Positions 11,216-25,380 of a DNA stretch of 64,000 nt are shown here, in pieces. Below the pieces are notes generated by a model that was not told where the DNA came from, made no database searches, and saw only the letters and a program-made list of their open reading frames with translations. The first letter of the stretch is position 1. Each line of letters begins with the position of its first letter. The position numbers and the translations under genes were made by a program. The stretch is from Octopus vulgaris (lineage: Eukaryota), in contig OX597826.1 of the NCBI GenBank assembly GCA_951406725.2, positions 52,018,001 through 52,082,000 of the forward strand, read 5' to 3'.

Positions 11216-12490
11216 GGAAAGAAAAGAGGGAGGCCGTGGTCTTTTGCAACTGGCAATAACAATGAAGATTGCTACAATTGGCCTAGACACCTACCTGAAA
11301 AACTCTGAGGACTGGATGTTAAAACTTGTCTCAAAACATGAAAACAAGAAAGCATCATACTCAGTCATAAAACAGGCAAAGGTATATCTAAGTGAATTCC
11401 GAATACAACCAATTTCGGAATTAGAGATAGATATACAAGAAACAAGCACAGAAAAAGCTAGGCGCATGAAAACCCGTGCCAAAACTGCGGCCTTAGATAT
11501 TCTGAATAATAAATGGCAAGAAAAACCTCTCTATGGCAAATACCCAAAGAGAGCGAATAATGCAGATATCGACAAAGCCCTGACCCATCAATGGCTAATG
11601 GCCTCTGGCTTAAAATCTGAAACAGAGGGGTTTATCATAGCAGCTCAAGATCAATGCCTACCAACAAGAAACTACCAGGCCAACATATTAAAGATCAGAA
11701 GCAGTCCAACGTGTCGTGTATGCAAGCAACAAAATGAAACCATTGACCATGTGGTCTCCAAGTGCAGTCTTCTAGCGCCTACAGAGTATCTCAACAGGCA
11801 CGATAGAGCTGCACAATATATTCACTGGGTAATCTGTAAAAACCTGGATTTGCCCCATGAAAAAAACTGGTGGGAACACAAACCACCCCCAGTGCTTGAA
11901 AATGACCACATCTCACTCCTCTGGAACTTCACCATTCAAACTGACAGGAAGATAGATGCAAATAGGCCAGACATCATATTGAAAGACTTCAAACAAAGAA
12001 CATGCCTCCTCATTGATATGACTGTCCCAATCGATATAAACGTATCTGTCAAGACCTACCAAAAACTGAGCAAATATAAAGATCTTGAAATAGAAATCAG
12101 CAAAATGTGGAAGCTGAAGACTAAAACAATACCTGTTGTCATAGGTGCCCTGGGAATGATAGCAAAAGGGGCTGATAGCTACCTAACTCAGATACCAGGA
12201 AACCCAAAAATGGCAGAAGTTCAAAAGATAGTGCTCATGGGAACTGCTCATATCCTACGCAAAATACTCTCTATGTAATCTCAAGGTTTAAAACAAACAT
12301 AATTTTCGGTTTAAAAAAAAAAAAAAAAACCTTTTTTTTTTAGACATTCATTAGTACAACATCCCCACCCCCAAATATATAGCACACTAGGCATAACAAC
12401 AACATGAACTTCCAACCCTGTTGTCTCTTGAGGTCTCTGGGTGAGACTTGGAGCCAACTTGTACAAATATAAAGCAAAAGTCAAACATAG
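11216..12490 (+). mobile_element. Second, distinct 5'-truncated Dong/R4-clade LINE in (TAA)n
   Basis: Open frame from RKEGGRGLLQ to 12278 with LKSETEG, CRVC-x8-H-x4-C, RHD and RPD...LID REL motifs. Its 3' UTR differs from that of the 8419 copy. TAA on both flanks. Confidence 0.92.
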
Positions 12491-12533
12491 AATAATAATA
12501 ATAATAATAATAATAATAGTAATAATAATAATA

Positions 12534-12564
<31 letters not shown>

Positions 12565-12904
12565 GTAGTGGGGGAGCATCATTGCCATGTTTTGAAAGGG
12601 ATTCTTTGGGGTTTGAATAATTCACGTCTGGAAACATGGGTGTTTCGCTCAACATCATTAAACAACCCTTATTCAGGGACCTTTTGAGCGTGATGAGTTA
12701 CTCGACCAGATGAAAATTCTAACTGGGCCCCACCTGCAAGGTCATGTGCTGTTTATCTTGATATGGGATCACCATGTCGCTCACATATGGTTGTGATGTA
12801 TGTGCCTAGTGTACCCTTCTTAGATGGGTAGTCATGACGGGTCTACTGGGCTCCGTATATTTTATCCCAGTGTCACTTTGATGGCATGCACTGCTCTCTC
12901 ACTC
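12565..12904 (+). mobile_element. Non-coding TAA-embedded repeat (3' UTR of a third Dong-like family, or a dependent SINE)
   Basis: Bounded by (TAA)n. The 3' end actttgatggc.tgca.tgctctctcactc|aataat recurs at about 43997-44030 and the 5' part recurs at 6680. Confidence 0.7.
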
Positions 12905-12972
<68 letters not shown>

Positions 12973-13843
12973 TAATAATAATCGTTTCTTCCTTTAAGAT
13001 GAGGATCCGAAGAGACAATAAAATACGATGATTATTCCAGATTCGAATTTCGTGATATACTCTCTGTTATATTGGATATGTAAGACAACTGTGATGCTCC
13101 GAAGAAATTTTTAATTAATTTTTTGTCATCAGTTCACTCATTGACACAGCGAACGCCATTTGGATTTCCATGGTAATTCAATAAATGCTTGTCAGAATAT
13201 GATGAATGAAATTCTTTTCTGTTGACCAATCAATGACAGAAACATTGAAATTATTTCACTTCTTAGTCTCCTCATTACATTTAAATGCCGAGAAAAACAT
13301 TGTGTATTTCAAATCTTTCAAATATATTGAATTAAGAGATTAACTTCAGAAGCTCTTTCTTAGCGAAATAATCATTGAAAATATGACAACTTATATAATT
13401 TTACATCAGTGAACTTTAATCTGAAATAGCTTCTATATTCGTGATGTCTTCCTGCATTAAAATATTATCAAGAAATCAAATTACAAAGGTTGATCTTTGC
13501 TTCCATCTTAAAGGTCAACTGGTGAAATTCCGAACGACAGACATAAGTTAATTTTTCATATTTGCAGAAAAAAATTACAATACAAACCTAGAAATAAAAA
13601 TTAATCAAAATCAAAATAGCGGGAACAAAAATCATTGATGAACAAAAGCAGGAAATAAAATCATGAAAGAGGTAAATGAAATTACATTTAAGCAGTAGTG
13701 TGTATGATTTTTACAATTCAGGGCCGACAATAGATGTGCTTCGGTTTTATCAGTGTTTCTTAATTAGAACGCCTTTTGTAATTATATAGCTCTTTCTCTC
13801 TCTAACATGCCATTAATGCCATTTTTTTCTATTTAACAACTAG

Positions 13844-14134
13844 ATTCCTTTATCTGAAAAAATTTTGGACTATCACCAAAGTGGCTTCATTGAAGATTTG
13901 ATAGAGGTGCACTTTGCAGACGCCCAGTGCTATCAACAACGTATGACACAAGAGGAATCACAGCTCGAAGTGCAACATCATGCTGGACTTTTTGTTCTTC
14001 TTACTGTCGGTATTTTATTGGGAATTATTGTATTGTTGCTGGAACACGCCGCATTTAAGGTTCTTGTTCCTTATTTTCGAGCAACGCCTGGAAACAGCTG
14101 TTGGCGGAGTTCACACGTAATGTTCCTCAGTCAG
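13844..14134 (+). CDS. Exon of the same receptor: end of S2, M4 helix and start of the C-terminal tail
   Basis: Polypyrimidine tract plus caactag| acceptor ending at 13843, donor cag|gtaaat at 14135. 97 codons: IPLSEKILDYHQSGFIEDLIEVHFADAQC...QLEVQHHAGLFVLLTVGILLGIIVLLLEH...VPYFR...HVMFLSQ. From recall this resembles GluN3 (HFSGLFVLL...GEH...LP...HTSQ). Confidence 0.95.
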
Positions 14135-14783
14135 GTAAATATACGAATTAATTTTTATTTACTTTACATCTACATTTTACTCACTTTATTTCCGTGCTAA
14201 AATGGTTTTGTATAGTCTTACACACACAGGCACACATACATATACACGCGTATACACACATACATACGCGCACACGGATATATATATTACGTTCAAAGAA
14301 AATTGATGCAAGCACTGTACAATGTAATGTGACAGCGAACGATTTTGATTTAAATAATAATCAGAACGCACATTTCCTCGTAAGAATGCGCATGCACATC
14401 ATGGCAAAAATAAACTAAGAAAAATATATCACAGTGCCTAGTGGCGTGTATTTGAACAAGAGATAAGTTAATATTAAATACCATACAGCATGAATTGACC
14501 ATGATAATAAATAAATTGATTATTCTATGTATGTATTCTCCATTTTCTTTATATTGTTAACATTTTTTCACCAATATCGAAAACTATGGAAATCTCTATA
14601 GCGGCAACTGGATTTTCAGAAGCGCAAGGTATTAATATCGAAGAAGAACCAAGAATAAACACTAGTACATATACACATATAGACTTACCAATATTATTAA
14701 TCGATATAGAGCTAAACTGGTGTACGCTTCGATAAAATTTATCCCTAGGAAAGAACAACCTCTTTACATACAGACTTTATATA

Positions 14784-14878
<95 letters not shown>

Positions 14879-17009
14879 GAGGGGAGAGAGAGATAGTACC
14901 ATAGTACCCTTATGATAACTTCTAGAAATAATATTGAATACTTCTGATTATCCTGCTTCGATACTTGACACTGAGAGGAGAGTTTGTACTAGTTTGGTTC
15001 ACCATGAGTGCTACATACGACTGAATAAACGCCTTTGCAATTTAAAAAAACAAAGATCTTATGCGTCGTTTAGAAAATCAGTTTTTAAGGAAGAATGTAG
15101 TATATCAATGAATGGAAATTGTTAGGGATCGTATTTATCATTACATATGTTCTACTAAAATTTGGAAATCTAGATTACATAAACATTCTTCTTCATTTAA
15201 GTTTAGGAGAAAACAAAATTCTTCGAATCTTAGTAAGTGCATTTAGGATTTGAAAGACTGGAATTTTACGATATACTGTCCTCCATTATCAGTTACGCTT
15301 TATCATGTAATATTGATAACTTTAGAAGTGATTTTTGGCTTGAGAAAATTATTATATACTTATATCAAAATTAAAACTATTGAATTGCAGAACCAGTCTT
15401 ACGTTGAAAACTCCCATAAATATAGAAAAACATTTAAATATTTGAATAATATATAACACCTTCATTATAACTGCATTTCTTGTAATCTAATAAGCATAAA
15501 ATTTCTTAAACATCGATGCGCGAAGTGCATCTCACTAACGTGCGTTCGTGACATGGTTATGATCTGTAAACAGTTTTGAGTAGGAGCCGGAAAGAGAAAT
15601 ATGAACACGCAATGCACATGTGCACATTTAAGGATATATTGGTTTGACTGGTGTTTTTACCTTTTCTTTTCAATATCTAAGTATGCTGATACAATAGAAA
15701 CAATCGTCAGTCTTGTATGGTGTAATCATCAGATAAAGATGCGATATTCCTCATTCTTGTTGATGTTGTTATATACTCCGGATTCCTTGAAATCTTGGAT
15801 TCACTTATACATGAGGATGGTTGTTAATTATATTTGCATTTATTGGTATCTGATAGTTTGATGTAATTAATCAAGTTTGCTTAACCACTGAGTGCTTTCT
15901 AAATATCTTGGTATATGAAAGTATTTTTGCCTATGTACGTATATATTCTTAATCCATTTCTTTCTTTACTTATTCAAGTAACATACTCTGACTTTGAAAA
16001 TATCTGAGTTATTTAGCCTGATATAATTTACGCAGATTTTCATATTCAGTACTGTATTGTTGTCTATTTACCATTCATTGCTCACCGCTCGGTAATCATG
16101 TAGCTCTTCAGACTAATAATGAATATCGATGCAGCCAAAAGTTGTTTTCCTACATAAGCATTCGCTCACACGCTCACTGAAACACACACACGCATGTACG
16201 GACGCAAGGACACACACACACGCACTCACACACATAGTCACACTCACACACATAGTCACACTCACACAACATTTATTTTTATTCGAAACTAAGTTTGTAT
16301 GAGTCACTATTCAGAGTGCAGCTTTCAGGCAAATGGCAATGTATATTGAAGGATTGATTTAATATATACTGATCGGTTTAATCTCATTAGGTAACAAGTA
16401 ATTCAACATAGCGACGATCACCGTTACACCGATATATACAGGCTGCAATGTTTGAAAATAGAACATAGATATTAGAGTTTTCTAATAATGTTTACAGTTT
16501 TCTATAGAATGTTATGAGCAGGAAGGATCTTATAGAAATACTGGCTTCAAGTCGTGATGAAACATATGAATGTAGACTTGGTATTGGAAAAACATCAATT
16601 CGTGAATATAATTGCAGAATGGAATTTGAAGTAAAAGAGGATCTTTGAGTGACGCTGAACACATCGTATATCGTAATATAATTCTTTTAGTTTTGGTTGA
16701 TACGTTTTCTGGAAAATAAATTTAGGTCACCGAGATGATGTATTGTAGTTTTGTGACACACACAAACTCACAGATTCATGGCTATTGAAACCACACGTAC
16801 ACACACAACACGCACATTGAGATATATTTATACTTGCATACACTTTGTTCCATACATATGTGCACGTGTGTTTATCTGTGGCATGTACATCTATATCTCA
16901 TATTTCGTTGTTGACTTCAATCTTTTCACGTCAAGTTCTTGATCACACTCAATCACTGTCAGAAAGTACAGCAAATCTGTACTCAATGGAAAATATAACA
17001 GTGTCCCAA

Positions 17010-17520
17010 AATGCTTATGGCCTCTCCACATTCTCACTGGCCTAAACTTTTCTCCGCTTGATATTGGCTGGTCAAAAATTGGCTTCCTTCTTGCTGCTCT
17101 GCCATAGTAACCATGTTTGGGGAGATACCTGCCAGATTTTCTGGAACTGACGTCAACCTAGGATTATCCGCTACACTTCTCTAAACAAAGAAGAGTCCTG
17201 TCAGAGAGCCCTGGTCAACTTGGGCGTGATGATGTGGACTCCTCCTCTCTGGTGAATTGCACAATCACTCTATTAACTGTAGAAAGCGGGATCCTAAGGT
17301 TTTCTGTGATTTTACGCTGACTATATTCACTTTTTGATTGACCCACAAAATGGCTTTTTTGGAATTCAGACAGTTCCAAGGCTTCTTTTGTAAATTGCAT
17401 GATTAAACAGTCACCTGAAACATATAAATGTTAATTTAAAAAAAATATATAAACTTTTACAAGTGAGAATAAACATAAAACGATGTTTTGTGGGGTGTCT
17501 ATTTATTTCAGTCAAGAATA
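17010..17520 (-). mobile_element. Tc1-like transposon remnant
   Basis: ELSEFQKSHFVGQSKSEYSQRKITENLRIPLSTVNRVI is a paired-type HTH of Tc1 transposases. TIR-like gaaataaatagacacccc on the minus strand near 17490-17510. Boundaries are approximate. Confidence 0.65.
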
Positions 17521-17825
17521 TTCGAACTACTTCATCCAGGATAGATGCTCCGATGGTAACCTTGTCTTTATTATGTAATGGATGTTGTTACGGTATAAGC
17601 CATGGTTAACCAGAAACATCTGGCAAGAAAAAGTTATTACGTAACTTCGTTTGTGTATTTGAATTACTTATTTAGTATGGAATACTTTGTACTCCATATA
17701 GATATCCTCATCAAACTTACTTGTGCTTATCTGTCTTTCTGATATATATAAATATATATATATATATGTGTATGTATGTATGTATGTATGTATGTGTATA
17801 TATACATATATACATATATATATAC

Positions 17826-17957
<132 letters not shown>

Positions 17958-18386
17958 TATAGATAGGATTAATGTAATACGAGGATGGAGGATACCAGGC
18001 TATAATAGTCGATCACTGCGTTTGTTTCTGCACCGCACTTAGCTTAAGATGTAGTTATTATATTCATATACCATTATAGATGATCATTCTTTATAATCAT
18101 TATATAGTTGAATATTTTTCAGTAACAGCCGTGTGTGGGTGCTTCATTGGATGGTGGGGAATATCATGGTATAAGTTAGTATGCGGTGCAGAAATAATTG
18201 TTGCAATCTACTCTTAAAGCTCGATGTCTCCATCTCCTTTTGTATTATTCTTGTATTATTCTTATACAAAGTGGAGTTCCGCATATGTATTCAGCCCTGG
18301 AATATTCCCTACTGTATGATAGTATGTGCCAGCCAAATAACGACATAAGGGCTCTTAAATGCACATTAAAATGTTCTTAGCCGAAT

Positions 18387-18430
<44 letters not shown>

Positions 18431-18659
18431 CTCTTTAAGAAAAATCATAGAAAGAAAATAACACCAACAATTTTGAAGGGCTTTTTGGCATTGTATGTCT
18501 AAGCAGTTTCGTTGCTAAGTTTTTCAAAAACCTGTAATATAGAAATACGTGAGTTTTAAAAATTTAGCAACGAAACCGGTTGCGTACGCAATGCGAAAAA
18601 TTCCTTCCAAATATTCGTGTCATTTTTTTTCTAAGAATTTGTTTCAAACCATTAATATC

Positions 18660-19088
18660 GGTGTCCGATGACGACAGAGTCTGTGTTCTCAGCGTTGAGA
18701 GCCCATGTGACTCAGCAGTCCAAAGATGGAAGTATACAGACACCTACAGCTGTCACGGTGATAGTCTGTTGAATGGATTGAGGCAGATGCTGCTCTGCAA
18801 CGTCTTTTTGGTGCAGCATCTAGATGCTGTCGCCAGTCTCCTTTGAAGGTAGCTGCTACTCGTGAGGTAAGCAATCTCCATACTGATCTGTCTGCGACAG
18901 AGGCTTCGAGGTCGCGTGGACTGATGGCGCTCCATTTGAGGTTACTTTTTAGAGTGTCTTTGTACCTCAGTTTAGGTCTTACGTTTGTGTGAACCCTTCG
19001 TGAGCTCGCTGTGCAACAGTTGTCTGAGTAGACATTTGTCAGTCATTCTGATGACATGGTCAGTCCAGCGTAACTGAGCCTTCAGTAA
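18660..19088 (-). mobile_element. Decayed RTE-clade LINE 3' end
   Basis: Minus strand reads AQLRWTDHVIRM...RQLLHSEL...LRYKDTLKSNLK...DRSVWR...GLLSH, the typical RTE C-terminus. Confidence 0.85.
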
Positions 19089-21053
19089 CGGTTAATATTT
19101 TTAAGAAAATCATTCTTCAAATATTGAAACGATATCAAGTATTTTTGGCAAAACCTATTACACAAAGTTTTGCAACAATCATATGTGTATGTGTATTACC
19201 CTCCCCAACACGCCCGCAAATTATCAATATGTTTATCGGTTAGAAAGTATTTGACCTTCTTTAGTATTTTTCTGGTGTTAGATCGAATATCATTTACTTC
19301 GATCTAACACCAGGTGTCTGATCATCTTGTTTTCTAAAAAGAAATCGAAAAACAAGACAAAGTAAAGCATGATTTCTTCTTGCTACGCCATTTATATTAG
19401 CTATACGGTTAAGTGTTGATTGCTTTCCTATCCAGTCAGAACTTCTACAAAGTTCACACACACACACACACATATCTGTCTTTTCAAAGTACATCTATGC
19501 TATTTCGAAATAGATACTATAACAATGTAATCCACAACCACACCGCGAGCCTTATCCTTAACATCAAGCTGCGTGGTTAGTTCATATTCTTTTTTTCTAA
19601 CCACTTCACTACTCTAAAAAAACCTACTTAAGTACGTTCATTACTAATGTGACTTATAGAGATAGTCGGTACGGATGGTAGCTGTGCTCTATGGAAACTT
19701 ATGAAATTTTTAAGTATAGGGCAACCTGGTTAATAATAGATTAGACCTAAAGGTATCATGTGTACATAGTGTCATCCGTACATTTAAGTTAGTGTTTATA
19801 GGTGCTGCACTTGAACATAGACAGGAGAAATTAATTTAACGCCGTATATGATGAGAACTTACTCGCTAGTATTATGTTAAAATATATATTCTCTTACTTA
19901 CTATTTCCTATAATTTCTTATTATTGCGTTTTCCTATTTTGGTATCTTTACCTATTAACCTTTTATCTCTTATAAGTTATTAATATTCTTAAAGAGAAAT
20001 ATAAACTTTCTAGTTACTTAAGTCTCGAAGATTATAGCCTACTCATAATAAAGTACAAATATTTGTGTATATTTGCATGTGTGCACATAGTTATATATGT
20101 GTATGTATCTGCGCACAACTTATTTTTCTGATTTTTTTCTGCTTCTTAGCTTATAACTAATATAAAGATACCATGATTTATCGTCCAGGTATTCCATAAG
20201 TAAATACGCAGAGCAATCTTTATAGAAACCACCTTAAAAGTAAATAATTAAGTACTACTATTAATACTAAACTAATTCTACGTAATCTTACCTTTCTAAT
20301 GTTGAAAATTGGTATATATACACATTTTGTCTATTCTGGTTATAATATCATTTTTAGTAATCTTAAATTTTATCTACATACAACATTACAATATTGTTTA
20401 TATGCAATCATCCATAGTACCCTCTGATAAATTTCCTCTCGTCATAGGTTTTATTAGTGTCTTGCCCCTTTAACTGGTAATTAACATCTTGATTTAGGGT
20501 CTTCCCCCACCCACCCTCCTTTATAGACAGTTACTTATAAATTTTCTAAATCCTGACAATATTTATGAACACACTCAACTATAAACTGTCAACTCACTCC
20601 GTCAATCCATTCTAAACAAACCCTGTCCTCTAGCCTCAGATTTGGTAGTAGATAAAAAAAAAGACTAATAAATTAAACGTGAACCACAAACATTCACAGG
20701 CTATGACCCTAACAAACTTCATACAGTTCATAGAAATGTAGTATATTCTGAGTCACATTAGTAACAACATGGACTTTCTCCTTTTTGCTCGGTTGGAGAA
20801 TTTGAGTAAAATCATATTAATATATTCAACTGATTAAAGATTTCTGTATATTTATGCAGCTGAGGATAGCTCAGCATTTAAATTGATATAATGATTGCAT
20901 TGTTCAATTAAATATATGTGTGGTGTTTATATATATATATATTTGTTGAAATGGAAAGATGAATTTTCTTGTTACAGATTATTCAAAAGTTTAACCGAAT
21001 GTAATAAAAGGAATTCTGTACAATCTTCGTTCAACTCCATTTCTTCCATTCAC

Positions 21054-21122
<69 letters not shown>

Positions 21123-21148
21123 TTATCATTTATATATAAATATATATG

Positions 21149-21197
<49 letters not shown>

Positions 21198-21440
21198 GTG
21201 TATATGTATATATATAAATGTGTATGTATATTTATATATATTTGTATATATATAGATATATGAATATATGTATATGTATATATATATATAAATATATATA
21301 TACATATATACATATATACATACATATAGATACATACATATATATATACATACACATATATATATATATATATGGTGACATAATATATTTACATATATAC
21401 ATATATATATACATACATACATACATACATACATACATAC

Positions 21441-21499
<59 letters not shown>

Positions 21500-21725
21500 C
21501 AGTGGCGGACTGGGTCTAAAAATACACTGCTATCATTTATTTATTTGTTAAAAGTATTCTTTTCAACTGTCTACAAACACACCCAGGCTGAAGTAGTTAA
21601 TGCATTATTCCAGGAGTGAATGAAAATTCTGATACTCGAGGGGATTGGCCCCCATATATGAATTCTCATGGCGTAGGGGCCCACTTGCCATCGAGCAAGC
21701 TGGCAACTTGGCCAGGCCGTCACTG
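21500..21725. mobile_element. Small MITE with hAT-like termini
   Basis: TIRs cagtggcggactgg and ccaggccgtcactg (12 of 14 match). No clear TSD. Confidence 0.5.
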
Positions 21726-21794
21726 TTCATATGTATTGTTTATATATAAATATCTACGTATGTATATATGTGTGCATGTATGTTTATATATGTT

Positions 21795-21832
<38 letters not shown>

Positions 21833-21838
<6 letters not shown>

Positions 21839-22039
21839 ATCCAAACATGGGAGCACAAAAAAACACAACAACGCGAGGACGTGGAACAAATATGGTATTA
21901 TTGGATTCTCGGGAAAGAAGGAAAGAAGGAGGGTTTAACGTTTCGAGAGGAGCTCTTCATCGGAAACATAGGAGAAGGAAAGATCCAGGGAAGGGAAGAC
22001 AGAGGAAAAAAATCGCCAACGGTACACACGCGGTCACCA
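21833..22039 (-). mobile_element. Penelope-like terminal fragment with a minimal hammerhead-like motif, inserted in (TA)n
   Basis: Minus strand reads ttcCGATGAa-gag-ctcct-ctc-GAAAcgtt at about 21937-21964. Flanked by TA repeats. Confidence 0.55.
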
Positions 22040-22995
22040 TATATATATATATGCATCTATTTATATATGTATATGTATGTATGTGGATATCTATATATGT
22101 ATATATATATTTTTTTTTTTTGTATATTCAGACAGACACACACACACACACACAACACACAAAATATGTGTGTGTGTGTGTGTACGTATCATCACCATCA
22201 TTGTGTTTACCCTACTCAGAATCGCATAACTCTATTCGCCCACCTAACTCTATCATGCCATGCGACAGCACATCTCAGTGACGTCGGATGTTTTTTATGC
22301 ATTGATCAACTTACGTTTCCGCAGAGTGGAGGAAGGTCAATATAATTTTGACAATGCCAAGTTGTTCATATTTAAGTGTCTGTAATACATGCTTAATATC
22401 ACTTGGAATATCTGCTGGTCGGTATCATCTTGCATAGCATCGAATATTTTGGTTTGGCTAGTATCCATGTGCACGCGTTATTTATCACTACAGAATCAAC
22501 CACTAAACAGAAGATTTATTTCTGATTTTCTGAAAGTTTAGATGTTCTTATTATGGTCAAAATTTTAAGTGCAACTTTAGCATTGCTAATACAAATCTTA
22601 ACACCCGATTCTCAAGATACTCTCGCAGTAAAAACGTCATTTACTGGATTTACTGAGCTTTCAGATAATGACATGACGTTTCTGTTGAAATGCCAATAAC
22701 TCCCGTGGCATTACCAGACTGTGAAATAAGATGGTGGATTCTTACAATGATACTGGATATTAAAGCTAAATCATCAGAGTAATAAACATCTCTTATTGAG
22801 GAGGCTGATATTTATGATGTCATGGTGTGAAGGCCAAATCATGTTCGTTGCTGTAATCCGGACAACAGAGAATAGAAAGCAAGGGGGATGTCGAAAGAAA
22901 TCTGTGATTTGGTTAAGTGAACGCACCTTAAGAAAAATCACTATATATAGTGATGTACACCCACATGCACTCAGGTGCATGCACACACACATATA

Positions 22996-23062
<67 letters not shown>
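22996..23062. repeat. (TAG)n microsatellite
   Basis: Direct reading. Confidence 0.95.
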
Positions 23063-23063
<1 letters not shown>

Positions 23064-23816
23064 CAGTATAGCAGTGTATCATTGACGTAAAAATTCCATT
23101 TCTGAGAAATGAATAGGCCTTAATCAGCCATTGATTTATATTGCTGATTAGAAAAGCCAAACTTCCAGTCTATTTATCACATTTGTGTGAGATTTATAAG
23201 TATTGATTGATCGACAAGGTCGGTAATGAAGGCGTGACGGCGTTGATATAGTTGTGTGTGTGTGTGTATGTGTTTGTGTGTGTGTGTATATGTGTGTGTC
23301 TGTACATTTGTAGCCAGGATACCTCATGATATAAAATAGCTCTCAGACTAGTAAATAGTAATAGAATTCAGTGGTTTTAACAAGTAATATTGAATATTAG
23401 TCCGAAAGGACATTGAGTCAAATGAATCAGTTAATCGACGGAGCCAATACTCTACATTACGTGTAATGTGCTAAAGGTATATTCATCGAGCTCCATAATT
23501 TATTCAAATTCTCGTATTTCAAAATATAACACACTCCGACATTCATATAAGTACAAATGATGCGTTGGGGTCGATGCATCGCAAAGTGTGGTTTCTCCTG
23601 TTACGTAGTACGTAATGGGGAAGATTATTTCATTTAAATTTACCTCCTGCTCTATATTGTGATACCAAAAGACGTCTTTGGACATATAGTTTTTTTGTTA
23701 GATAATACATGATGACAAGTGTTTTTCAGGTCCCCTAGATTCTGAGGTTCAAAGACAGCTGGATGAAGTTAATCCGGTTAATTATTAGCATGAAGTTATA
23801 TATATTTTAATTAACA

Positions 23817-23986
23817 GCGAAAGAGTGGCTTTGTGGGAAGTAGCTTGCTTACCAACCACATGGTTCCGGGTTCATTCCCACTGCGTGTCACCTTGGGCAA
23901 GTGTCTTCTGCTATAACCTCTCGTCGACCAAAGCCTTGTGAGTGGATTTGGTAAGCGGAAAATGAAAGAAGCCCGTCGTATATATG

Positions 23987-24049
<63 letters not shown>

Positions 24050-24260
24050 ATGTGTTTGTGTTTGCCCCCCCCCCCCCAAGATCGCTTGACAACCGATGCT
24101 GGTGTGTTTACGTTCCCGTAACTTAGCGGTTCGGCAAGAGACCGATAGAATAAATACTAGGCTTCCAAAGAATAAGTCCTGGGATCGATTTGCTCGACTA
24201 AAGGCGGTGCTCCAGCATGGCCGCAGTAAAATGACTGAAACAAGTAAAAAATAAAAGATA
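23817..24260 (+). mobile_element. SINE family B (tRNA head, CORE-like accttgggcaagt, internal (TA)n(TG)n)
   Basis: Box B-like gggttcattccc and 3' end ccagcatggccgcagt...tgactgaaacaagtaaaa. Many copies in the window. Confidence 0.85.
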
Positions 24261-25380
24261 ATAGCAGTTAAAACTCAATCGTACGTAGATATGAAGCTTG
24301 AAAAATGTGAACATCTCGCGATGACAATATACAGGAAATCGCTTTTTTCTAAATACAGCATCTAGAATACAGTAAGACTTATAACTGATGAAAGAGAGAT
24401 GGGTGTACTGTTTCCTATTGTTGGAGACCTTATAATGTTGAGTGCTCAGTAGCAACTGTTTTTTAAATGCATTAAAAGTACAAATTCTTTACAAACGCTA
24501 TACTGATTTTTTTCCCCATTACAAGAAAGTTTGTTCTTCACTGGGGACTGATTAGGCCTCTGAATCAATTTTGGAAACTTTTATTGACTTTATGCTCATG
24601 AAATCCAAAGCTGAACTACCAGTATTTGATGTACGCAGTGGACAACTAAGTACTATAAAGTATTCAACTCTGCAGCGCCAGTTCGACCCCAGCAAATATT
24701 TTGAGTCTGGTAATTAAGCTATCGTTCAGTTTTTGATGAGATCTTAAGGTACGAGGAATTAAACAATAAAACACTGAAGTAAGCAGTATAAGGAAAAAAC
24801 AGAAACGCAAAGACTCGCACGCACGCACACACACACACATACACATACACACACAATTTTTTCCAAGAAAACTTTGAGAGTGATTTCGAAGTTTCAGTTT
24901 ATAAGCTGTTATTAGAATTCTCATAACGGATTTAATGTTATCTATCATTAAGTACGAGAAGCAACTCAACTTTTAGATCGCTAAATCTCTTTATTTCACT
25001 ATCAGTATATCACTGTATTTTTCGCCCCCTCCCCTCTCTATATATATATTTATTACAATCTCCCTCTCTCAATTTTCCTCTCTTTATGTATATCTCTCAC
25101 GCATTCTGCTACCCCTCTCTCTTGATATGACATGTAATTGCTTTAATTTTGTTTAAACTTCGTCGTTGTAAGGTTTGTTTTCTTTTTGTGACAGAGAGCT
25201 ATCCCGCAGAAAATGCTAGCTTCCAAATCTTGTTTTCTGATTCTCTAAACATGATCAAACTTTAAACTTCTTTAAGATTTTTTTCTAAAATGTTTCTGGA
25301 ATAAATGAAACACAAAATCGGATTCAGTATAAAGAATTACGCACTAATACCAAATTTGAAAAGAATCTTCAATTAACTTT

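Noticed and set aside
19560-20800. Possible mitochondrial insertion or old transposon in AT-rich unique sequence
   Set aside because: No recognisable mitochondrial gene, rRNA or transposon motif by eye.
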